This document shows, in pieces, positions 47,401 to 59,400 of a DNA stretch of 64,000 nucleotides (within the stretch, counting starts at the first letter, position 1; each line of letters starts with the position of its first letter). A program made the position numbers and the translations under genes. Where the stretch lies: the NCBI GenBank assembly GCA_030390025.1, contig CM059444.1, positions 41,106,001-41,170,000 on the forward strand, given 5' to 3'. The notes below the pieces were generated by a model. The model ran no database searches. It worked only from the letters and a program-made list of their open reading frames with translations, and was not told the origin of the DNA. Origin of the DNA: Squalus acanthias. Its lineage: Eukaryota.

Positions 47401-50400
47401 TATGCATGTGCAGAAACTATTGCACTGCTGTGAGGTCTCAGAATGCCTCCTTATGACTGTCCTTAGTGTGTTTCTAGGCACATCTAATCTTGCCATCATC
47501 ATGTCTTGGACTGTGGAGTATTTCTGAAAGATGCTCCAAATGTGCTGCTCATCTATGTGTCAGATGTCTTCGTTGCAGAAGCTACTGATACTTTATGCTG
47601 CTCAATGATAGTCTGCAGAATAGACAACCATTGCTGCAGAACGCTGTCCAACTGGTGGGAGAATCTACAACTATCCAGACCAGCTTGCATTGTCTTCTGC
47701 AGTGAGGCAAGTTACTCGCTAGCCTGTTCATGCTTAAAAAGGAATCTTGCATTTAGTCGATGGCCCCATGAGGTTGAAACTGCAAAGTGACTTGGGGTTC
47801 ATAGCCATATTGTACTTCTACATAACAGCAAGCCCTTCTTCATCTGCCACCTCTTTGCCTTCTCACCGATGATCAATGACTCATCTTGTATTCCCTTCTC
47901 AAATCCACACTTCCAAAATATGTCTGAGTAGATGGCAACTTCAAGTGGATAGTGTGGAATGCTGAGCTAAGCATAATGGTCCCCACCATACTGGCTTCCT
48001 CCTTTGCAAGCTTTCTGTAATAAAAGAAAAAAAAGTTGCTGGGTGAGCATATGGACATTGTTGCAGTGACAGTTCATGCTATGTGTTATGGTGGAACACA
48101 AACAATGCTTTGAATCTGGTGAAATAAAAATCATTGCCACATTAAATGTAAGATAGGCATTTCTACCAATATGAACTACCCAGAGTGGCTCCTGCTCAAA
48201 GCTGTCTTCTTCAAAGGAAACCGTATTAATTCCATGAGGTGTAATTCTGCAGACAGAAACAAAATTTACAATAATGTACTTCTGGTGTAGTGGAAGGTCA
48301 TGTAAACTGCCTTGCTAGCTGAAAATGGAATAGCAAAGTTCTCTGTGCACAAAGATACCGAGAACAGCTGTATGTACTTTAAGGTATACTAGAAATAAAT
48401 ATAAAATATCTTGCTAGTTGAAGATGGTTAAAGGAAAGCAAGTAATTATTTTACATCAGTTCTGCCTAAGCATAGGCTATCTGGAACAGTCTTCCTTGAT
48501 TGTTAGTAAGCACGTCTGCCTTTTCTAGACTGCTGTAATCGTTCGGAAATATCCCTAGTACCTCCTTTATGCTTCACTTCCAGCTAAATTTGGGTTAACA
48601 GTATTCTGCGAAACTATTCAGCAACCATGGCTGATACCTGTAGCCTCCTTGGATAGATGTTTACCAAGGTAGAATAATGGAGAATCATACCCATATATAG
48701 CAACACCAAAGGTCATACCTATATGTAGCAATGTGACACTGCATTTTCTATGTCTCTCTGAGCGTGAGGAGTTGTTGAGACCTCCTACGATTGCCTTCCA
48801 TGTTGGATGGACTCTGCTTCATCATGGGCTGTGCTTATGCATAGAGGGCATTTTCCTGGTCCTTCACACCACTCACTATAATCTGCATGGCCTCACCACT
48901 AAAGTGAGCCCTTATTCCATTCATTTGTGGTCACAGTTGTGCATTTCATAGCTGGAATGTTGCATTATTTGTAGCACTTGCATATCCATTAAGAAGTCAC
49001 TTTTATATAGTATCTTATCACATCCTTTGGACTGCCCAAAGCAATTTACAGCCAATGGACTGCTTGTGAGGTGCAGTCATTGCTCTGTAAACAAATGTGG
49101 CAGCTAGTTTGCACACAGCAAGATCCCACAAATAGGAAATTAATGAAAGACCAGATAACCTGTTTTTGGTGGTGTTTGAGGGAGGAATATTGGCCAGGAC
49201 AGTGGAAGAACTCCCTGCTCTTCTAATGGTGCCATAGGATATTTTATATCCACCTAAGCAGGCAGACTGGATCTCAGTTTAACATCTCATCTGAAAATTG
49301 GCACCTCTTGACAATGCAGCACACTTAGTACTGCACCACAACATTTTCACTGAAAGACAAGAGTGCGACCAACTAAGCAAGTTAACAAATGATTCAACAC
49401 CATTTCAACTGCAGTTTTTTCCTGATTAGCAGATCAGTTGTACAGTCGTTGCAACACATCTGAGATTCAAAAATGCATCATGAGTAAACCTGTGTAATCT
49501 GATGAATGCAGTAGCAAAATTTGAGAAAATATTAAAACTCATTTAACACAGTGTGCTGAAAGATAATTGAAGACCATGGATGGTCACTTTGGATGGGCAA
49601 CTAGTAAGAGTTGTTGCCTGCTTGTTTTAGAAATTATGCCAGAGCTTGGCTCCCTGGTGCTTCAAGCATTCCAGTGAAATCAAGCCATAGGAATATTAGG
49701 TCAAATCACTCCATGGTTTTTTTAATTAAATGTGGCTTGCACCAAATCTACAACATTATTAGCGTGGCGTAGTATGGAAATTTGAATATTTGCAGATAAA
49801 ACTTTCAGATGAAATCTTTGTACTTTTCAAGTGAGCATAACAGGTTGGAGGATGAACTTGACAGATTAACTGCTCTCTTTCAGACTTATAACTGGCAAAT
49901 ACCCTCACCAGTTTTGCAGTTGATCACGGGTACCTTCATTTTTCAGTCCATCCTTTTCTACCAATACAATAATACTCTGAGAAACTAAGGAAAGACCGAG
50001 CAGTACTTGAGTATTACTATACTGGCCAAATCAGGACTGGTTCTCAGAGCTATTAACCTTTGTGGAAGAAGCTTGTGGATTTCATAGAATTTACAGCACT
50101 GAAACAGGCCATTCAGCCGAACAGGTCTATGCCGGTGTTTATGCTCCACACATACCTCCTCCCACCTTACTTTATCTCAATGGAAGGATTGCTCGTCCAA
50201 CTGGAGAGCAAGTTCTGGGACTAAAAACATAGCATAGGCCATTGAAGAGATGCATCTCCTCATGCTAGAAATTTCAAACTTTGAGGGGTTCTATTTTTTG
50301 TGGCTTATAGGGTGGACTCTACCAGCTCTAGAAACGGTAGCAAGAGAGGCAGATCTGTTTCTGGCTTATCAACTTATCTACAACCTTTTTACTTTTGTTG

Positions 50401-53400
50401 TGTGCAATTTTAGATCACTGTCTAAATTAGCCTTCAGACAACTTCAGTTGCAGTGCGTATAAGAAAGTGGGCGACTTTCATTTGGGTTGAATCCGTGACA
50501 TTGGATTATTCAGATAACTTGAATATCCATTTGATTCCTCAACAGTCCCTGAATTTCAACTTGCAGAACTTTTTGCAGCCACAGTTTTAATTGGTAACTG
50601 CATGTGACCACTTGCAACTTTCTTGCAAAACCTTGCCATTTACCTGTGACCAAATCCTAAGAGAGGTACTGCTATATTTGGGCAAATATTTAATAGGGCA
50701 AAGTCACATGGCGGCTCTAGATAGAAATTGCATTCCTTTGTATTTTTTTGGGTTGTGAGACACAAAGCACTTGGAACAAACTGACTTGCAAAAGAAGAAA
50801 AGTTTCTTCTCCGTAAGTTCCATTCTTCCAAGGGGAAAAAAAGCTTCTACACAGGAATATATTTCCTTGCCTCTCCACTCCTTACATAAATGTTAGTTCT
50901 AAGTGCTTGTAAATGATACTTAGCACTAAGATGAATAGGCTATATATATAATAGCTTATAGGGCACGTATTTCCTTCTAAAAATCTGATCTGTACCAATG
51001 GGCTTGGCAAATTAAATCTTCAAAATAAGATGGAAGAAATTTCTACGGAAGAACCCTTATCCATGTTTTTGTACCTCTAGGCTTGACTTCCCCAATGTCC
51101 TTGTTGCCGCCCTTTCATTATTCAATCTCCATAATAGCCAGCTTGTCCAAATTTTACTTTGCATATCCTGTTCTACCCACCCCCTGCCCCATTTAACTCC
51201 CGCATGCCCATCACCTCACCTAATCTTCAAATCCCTCCATGGCTTTCCCCTACCCTACCTTACCTCTGCAACCACCCCCAGCCTTGTATCCCATTACACA
51301 CTCTTCGGTCTACCAACTCTGGCCTTCTGTGAATCCCCTCTCCTCGTCACACCATTGGTTTCAAAGCATTTAGCTGTTTTTACCCTCTCTGCATATCCTT
51401 CCATAGAACCAGAGAGTTTTACAGCATAAAAAGAGACCATTTGGCCAATCATGTTTATGCTAGCTTTTTGCTAGAGCAAAAGGCATTACTGTCTCTCTAA
51501 TTCTCTTTCCATCTTTAAAAACCTCCTTACGACCCATTCCTTTAGCCAAGCTTTTCGTTACCTCTTACTTTCCTATTATGGCTCATTGTGTGTTCCTTAA
51601 TTTATTTATTCCCCGCCCCCCTCCCCCCAACGCGTAAAGCACCGTTGCTATGTTAAAGGTGGTAAATAAATGCAAATTATTATTTTTATTACAATATCGT
51701 CAGGTTACTGATGAAACCAGATGGCAGCTGAGAATTCTCACATTTTATCTCATCGCTCGGTCTTAATTGTTTTATTGGTAACTGTTTGCTGATTGGTAGT
51801 TTTCATAACTGCTTTTAGTTCATTTGTAGGTTCACTATTTGTTTTATATTACATTTGAGCCAATCATGTGACAGACTTTGCATGTGTGACTATGTGAAGT
51901 TTGAGCTGTGACCAATGCGTGCTCGACATGACATGAAGCTCTGTTTACAAGAAATATCAAATATGCCTTACATGCAAGATTTTCATTCAAATATGTTAAT
52001 TATCCCCATCATAATGGCTGTTAAGAACATGAAATATGTATTGAGAAAAAGTAATTTATCCCTTCTGCCCATTCCTTCAACAGACAATTAAAGATTGTCA
52101 TAATGTATTTCTTAACAGATGCTTTTGAGGTACACCCAGTACTTTATTAGCTATATTTATTAAAGCATCACATTGACTATATATTTAGTGTATGAATACC
52201 CAATTATTTCCCCATCTCCATCTGTCAATGGGCACTGATCCATTGCACAATCCTTTCATATTTCCTGTACCAGTGTGTTAAATTTATCCACATAAAATCT
52301 ATTTGTATTTCCTTAGTCTATCCATTCAATTACATAAGAAATAGGAGCAGGAGTAGGCCATTTGGCCCCTCGAGCCTGCTCCGCCATTTAATGAGATCAT
52401 GGCTGATCTGATCTTGGGCTCAGCTCCATTTCCCTGCCCGCTCCCCATAACCCTTCACTCCTTTATTGTTCAAAAATCTGTCTGTCTCCACCTTAAATAT
52501 ATTCAATGACCCAGCCTCCATAGCTCTCTGGGGCAGTGAATTTCACAGATTTACGACCCTCAGAGAAGAAATTCCTCCTCATCTCAGTTTTAAATGGGCG
52601 ATCCCTTATTCTGAAACTATGCCCCCTAGTTCTCGATTCCCCCATGAGGGGAAACATCTCTGCATCTACATTGAGCCCCCTCAGTATCTTATGTTTCAAT
52701 AAGATCACCTCTCAGTCTTGTAAACTCCAATGAATATAGGCTCAACCTTTCTTCATAAGTCAACCCCTTCATCTCAGGAATCAACCTCGTGAACCTTCTC
52801 TGAACTGCCTCCAATGCAAGTATATCCCTCCTTAAATAAGGAGACCAAAACTGTACGCAGTACTCCAGTTGTGGTCTCGCCAATACCCTGTACAGTTGTC
52901 GCAGGACATCCCTGCTTTTATACTCCAACCCCCTTGCAATAAAGGCCAACATTCCATTTGCCTTCCTGATTACTTGCTGTACCTGCATGCTAACTTTTTG
53001 TGTTTCATGCACAAGGAACCCCAGGTCCCTCTGTACTGCAGCATTTTGTAATCTCTCTCCATTTAAAAAATAATTTGCTTTTTTATTTTTCTTACCAAAG
53101 TGGATAACTTTCCCACATTATACTCCATCTGCCAAATGTTTGCCCACTCACTTAGCCTGTCTATATCCCTTTGCAGATTCTTTGTGTCCTCTTCACAACT
53201 TGCTTTCCCACCTATCTTTGTATCATCAGCAAATTTGGCTACATTACACTCGGTCCCTTCATCCAAGTCATTAATATAGATTGTAAATAGTTGAGGCACC
53301 AGCACTGATCTTTGTGGCACCCCACTAGTTACCATTTGCCAACCAGAAATTTACCCATTTATCCTGACTCTCTGTTTTCTGTTAGTTAGCCAATCCTCTA

Positions 53401-56400
53401 TCCATGCTAATATATTACCCCCAACCCCGTGAGCTCTTATCTTGTGCAGTAACCTTTTATGTGGCACCTTATCGAATGCCTTCTGGAATCCAAATTGGTC
53501 CAGATCTTTCTGGATGATACCAATCTCCTTTATCCTTGTCATGTGGTTACAAAGTTTGTTAGCAAATTCTGTAATATTACAAAAAGTGGTCACTTCCATG
53601 TGTTTATTAACAGTGCCAACAACATGGAATCCAAAGCAACTCCTATAGATATCCACAGACTACTGCTCCTTTTCCCCATTATCCCTCTCCTAGCTGGAGT
53701 TTTTTCTCCCTTGTGTTCATCACTATGGTTACAATAAGGGTTTTCTCCCAAACTATGTTCACAGTGAAATGTGGTTTTCATAGATGGACCTACATCACCT
53801 ATGATCTGAAATTTTCACTTTTAAGAATATTGTGAATGGGAATAGTGCACCATTAGATAAAGAATGACCCTTTTTCCATGATAATACATACTGGGAGTTC
53901 GCAAGGATTGCTCACCATGTCCTGTCCGCTCCAAATGCACCATGTCTTCAAACCATATAATTCAGGCTAAAACTAGTAACCAATTTTATATACACGTGTT
54001 ACAATTGCACAGAAGCAAAAGAAACAAAGCAGATAATTGACAATATAATGCTTAACAGCTCAATACTTTAAATAGCCTCAGAAATAAGTGTTTAAAAAAC
54101 AAAATTGAGTCCTTTTCATCTTTTAACTTGAAAATTATGATCGACGTAAGAAACGTATGTTTCTTAACCCCAGAGTCCTATGTCAACATTGCAAGGTAAC
54201 TGGAGATATATGGTGGCACTTATACTATTCTTATACTATACCTAGCAGGTTGACTGTACCCCAACTAAAGTGGATTTTATCTGCTGGGCAAGAAATAGTG
54301 TTATTAATCAATTTTATCATTTAGACAGATTTCAGACTTCCAATCTTCTGTGGGTTGATATGCTTTCAACAACTGATTTATATATCCTATAGTTTGGCAG
54401 TCCTCAAACACCAATGTGAGGCTGCAAGCTTTAACATCTGCAAACCATAATAGAAACTTGTTTATAGGCAATTGACAGCACTTTTGGAAACTTCCCACAC
54501 CCCAAAGCTTAAAACAATCTCTAGACAGATTGCGTATTGTCTCACTTCCCCACAGAAAAGTAAAATAACTTTTCAGAAGACAGCTAACAGAGTTAATTTT
54601 AATTTCCCAACATGTTGGCCTATTTAAAATTTCATACAACAGCAACAAGAACTTGTATTTATATAGCGACTTTGATACAGTAAAATGTCCCAAGACGCTT
54701 CACAGGAGCATTATAAAACAAAATTTGACAGCAAGCCACATGAGATATTAGGGCAAATGACGAGGTAGATTTTAAGGAGCGTCTTAAAGGAGGAAAGAGA
54801 GGTTGAGAGAGAGAATTCTAGAGTCTAGGGCCTTGGTAGCTGAAGGCACGGCCACCAATGCTTGAGTGATTAAAAATCAGGAATGCTCGAGGGCAGAGTT
54901 GGAGGAGTGCAGATATCTTGGAGGGTTGTGGGGCTGGAGGAGATTAGAGGCAGGGAGAGGAGAGGTCATGGAGGGATTTTAAAACCAGGATGAGAATTTT
55001 GAAATCAAGGCACTGCTTAACCGGGAGCCAATGTAGGTCACCTGTAGGGGTGATGGGTGAACGGGACTTGGTGCAAGTTAAGACATGGGCAGCAGAGTTT
55101 TGGATGGCTCAAGTTTACGGAGGGTAGATCGTGGGAGGCCAGCCAGGAGTGTGTTGGAATAGTCAAGTCTAGAGGTAACAAAGGCATGGATGAGGGTTTC
55201 AGCAGCAGATGAGCTGGGGCGGAGACGGGCGATGTTACGGAGATGGAAATAGGCGGTCTTAGTGATGGCGCAGATATGTGGTCGGAAGCTCATCTCGGGG
55301 TCAAATATGACACTAAGGTTCCGAACAGTCTGGTTCAGCCTCAGACAGATGCTAGGGAGAGGAATGGAGTCGGTGGCTCGGGAACGGAGTTTGTGGCGGT
55401 GACCGAAGACAATGGCTTCAGTCTTCCCAATATTTAATTGGAGGAAATTTCTGCTCATCCAGTACTGGATGTCGGACAAGCAATCTGACAATTTAGAGAT
55501 GGTGGAGGGGTCGAGAGAAGTTGTGCTGGGGTCGAGAGAAGTTGTGCTGAGGTAGAGCTGGGTGTCATCAACGTACATGTGGAAACTGAAGCTGTGTTTT
55601 CGGATGATGTCGCTGAGGGGCAGCATGTGGATGAGAAATAGGGGGCCAAGGATAGATACAAAGCAAACATTTTAAAATGCAATGCAGTTACCCACCTTTT
55701 AGTGTCAACCTAGTTTTCACTTGCTAATTTGCCTGGAAATATGAGCTCCTTGTTTAAAAACTCTGGTGTGCTGAACTTCACCAGATCCCTTATGAAAATC
55801 TGTGTGCATTAAATTGCCTTGGTAGTTTTATCCATTGATTTGTTCACCACCACACAGAATTCCAGTAATTTATTAGCCATTGCCATTCATCTTGTAACCG
55901 TGCTGACTGCTTGTTATAACATTTCTGTTCTTCAGATGAACATTGATCGCATCCTGCAAAATGCTGCCAACACTTTTATTAGTCAGATTTAAACCCAATT
56001 TGTGTTAAGAACACAAACAAGTAAGTTCAGTGAAGCTAGCATAAAGAGGCAATGGAGGACACAATATGAATGTACAACCAAAGGAAAATTCAAATAAAAA
56101 TTAAAATGTCTGAGATTCTGGAGTGATGTCCCCAGCAGCCACCATTACTGCTCATCTCATCTTTGTTTGGAACTCAGGCTGAAGTAGAATTGGAATCATT
56201 TTGAAATGTGTGATGTCACCTATTCAAACTTTTTCTAGAAAAGAGAAGACTGAGGGGTGACCTGATGGAGGTCTTTAAGATTATGAAAGGGTTTGATAGG
56301 GTAGACGTAGAGAAGATGTTTCCACTGGGGAGACCAGAACTAGGGGCCATAAATATAAGATAGTCACTAATGAATCCAATAGGGAATTCAGGAGAAACTT

Positions 56401-59400
56401 CTTTACCCAGAGAGTGGTTAGAATGTGGAACTCGCTACCACAAGGAGTAGTTGAGGCAACGAGCATAGATCCATTTAAGGGGAAGCTATATAAATACATG
56501 AAGGAGAAAGGAATAGAAGGATCTGTTGATGGGGTTCGAAGAAGGGTGGGAGGAGGCTTGTGTGGAGCATCACCGGCATGGACCTGTTGAGCCGAATGGC
56601 CTGTTTCTGTGCTGTAAATACTATGTAATACTTTGTAACGTACCTGTTACTTGTGCACTTTGGCGGTCAAGTTTGGACAATTTGCCATGTCAAACTTGTC
56701 TAATTCTTTTTGAGCAGTGTGGCTTCAGTTGGCTGAGTGAATGTCTTGGATTTCACACTGTAGAGATTGTTTTTCACTGATGTGACTATATGGCTAACAG
56801 GAAAGTGTTTTGCTGCTGTATGGAAATCGGTGTTCCATCGTCTTCAGATAACATTTCACATTGTGAAGCAAGCCATAATGTGACACACAATTTTCCTCCA
56901 AGTTTATATTATTTATGCAAGGGTCCTGCAGTTTTAACTTTCCACTTGTTTTTCATTTGTGTACACCAAGGTGTGTGATATCAGCACTGAGAACTATTGA
57001 TACCCTTTTGTCTTGGCACCCGCTGTCAGCATTGAGTGCTACTTGACCAGACTGCACAGCCAGGTAGAGTGCAAAGCTCTCTATACCCACTCCAACAATG
57101 TGCTGCGTCATAAAAGTCATGCCAGTGCATTTCCCACCCAGCTGAGCCCAGGGCCTGAAGTGAAACTATTATTTAATGGTAAAGTTGGGGAGAGGGTGCA
57201 GCTGGACTCTGACTCAATCATTTCACAAAAGAAGTCTTCCAGGCAGCAAAGAGGAAACTTTCATTGGCCTGGGCTGGGTTCAGACCCAGGTATGAACGGT
57301 GAAAGAAGTAATCCAGTTCTTCATCAGGTCCCCTCTGCCTTTTCTGTTCTGATATTTTATCTTGTTTTAAATCAGCAGTATTTCTTTGCCACCATAACAT
57401 GTTTTGTTATATTGAACCCATGTGAGAGGAAAAAAATGAACATTTTCAGAGGGAGGAGGGGAGGAGTCTATAATAGAAAAAAAAATTCCCATAATTTAGC
57501 TATTTGCATTTGTATTATTAATTTGAATGAAGGCAGCTTGGTGACTGAATTTCAGAGTAGTGGTTATAACTTAAATCCTCAGCATTTATGTGTCGTACAA
57601 ATTTAGTTGGATGTTTTAAAGGTTGCAAGCAATGTGTTGCGCTTTTCGTCCATTGATATATAATGGCCACAGACCTGCAGAACAATGTATCTTTATAAGA
57701 ATAACAAGTGTTAGAGTTTACGTGCAGCCAGACCAATTGGATTATTCTTGATTCTGACAGCATAAATTAGCTATTATTGTTTGTGGCATTTTATCTACTC
57801 CCCATTCCCTATCTAATTAGTTAGCATTATTTTTCCACTCTGCTGGGAAATAACAATCATTTTGTTTTAATTCGGGAAATGTTGCTTATTTTAATGTAAT
57901 ATTTTTGAAATTAATAACGTTGATTTCCTGCATAATACACTTAAATTAATTTCAAGGCTGTGTTCTTTAAAGATTATAGAATTTCAGTTTTAGAAAAAAT
58001 TGTATTTTTCTAAGAAACAACATGTAACTTTATGACAAACATTCATTTGGAAAGAAAACGTTAAAACCTCTCTTTTTCCCAACAATACTAAAATGCCACG
58101 TTTAATACCTTTTGTTAATGGGGGAGAAAAGAGGAGGGAACATGTACAAATTTTTAACACATCCTACTATCAAAGGAAAAAGAAAACCTGATCATCACGC
58201 GTCTCTCTTTTCTTCCAGAGGTCACAGATGTGAACTATACTGGTGTGGCTGCACAATGACTTTTATTAGATTTTGTTTTTTTTTTAAAAATGGGCAGCAG
58301 GATTAGCCTGTTAATTTCTTAACATTTGAACCACTGATTTCTTAAAAATTGATCAAATTAATGGCTTTGTACTGCATCAGCAGAGCTTTTCCATCAGAGC
58401 TGTTTTAAATATTTTAGGCCTAACTGTGTTTGTCTTGTATCATTTTACTTTGTAGGGTCTACCTTGAAACGGCTATGTCTAGGCAAAGATCGCAGTAGTA
58501 ACTATCCAATTTTCTTTCTCTGTATTATACTGTACATAGCATGAGCTGTATAATTTTTGAATAGAAATTAACTGCTTCTGTAATTACCATGGAGCTTGTA
58601 TACTTTTTAGGTTAGGTGACACATCACTGGTGAACGGTTTTGCTTTACTAGCAATACAAATGCATGTGCCTTTGGTTATGTTTGTTTATGTACTGTGGAT
58701 TTGTTAGATTTAATTTGTATCAGCATTGTATTCTAACATTTTGATTTCTTGTTTTAGTGGCTGAATATTTATTTGCAGTTGCATTTTTAATAAAATGAAC
58801 AGGTTAAAATGCTTCCCTGCAACAATCAATACTTTTTATTTTCAGGGTCTTCAAGTAGCAGTAGTACAAATCACTCAGTGCAGCAGATCCTGCAGCAGCA
58901 CCAGCCCCAGCCCCAACATCATCAGACTCCTCAACAGCAAACTCAAACCAACAACAGTAACAACAAGAAGGGAACTTTTACAGATGACCTGCACAAGCTT
59001 GTAGATGATTGGACTAAGGAAACAGTCGGAGCTGCACAGTTCAAGCCTTCTTTAAACCAATTAAAGCAGAACCAACTCCGATTCGATATGGAAACCAGGC
59101 AAAAACCGTCCCAACCTGATGTGAGTGATAAGGGACTTGTGCCTTGAACTTGTGCTGTGTGATGACATTAAATATTTTAACACGTTTGTCTGAAATTTCA
59201 GACATAAGACACCAAAATAGACAAGCATTTTATTTAAACTTAATACACTTGTTACTAATATTGTACAACACAATTTTACGGCATTAATTCTGAGAAACCA
59301 TTGAACATGTTTGTCGACTCCTTAGTATGTTGGAGGTTACTTACTCCCTTATTTACATTCCTCCTTTAGGTTCCCAACACCATATGTAATTCAATTGCTC

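Noticed and set aside
57013-57606. 197-aa ORF
   Set aside because: It starts at a non-ATG codon, spans a SINE relic and AT-rich intron, and has no recognisable domain or splice context.
58219-58242. Possible 24-nt extra exon after the acceptor tctcttttcttccag
   Set aside because: The donor (CTG|gtgtgg) is weak and there is no homology support.
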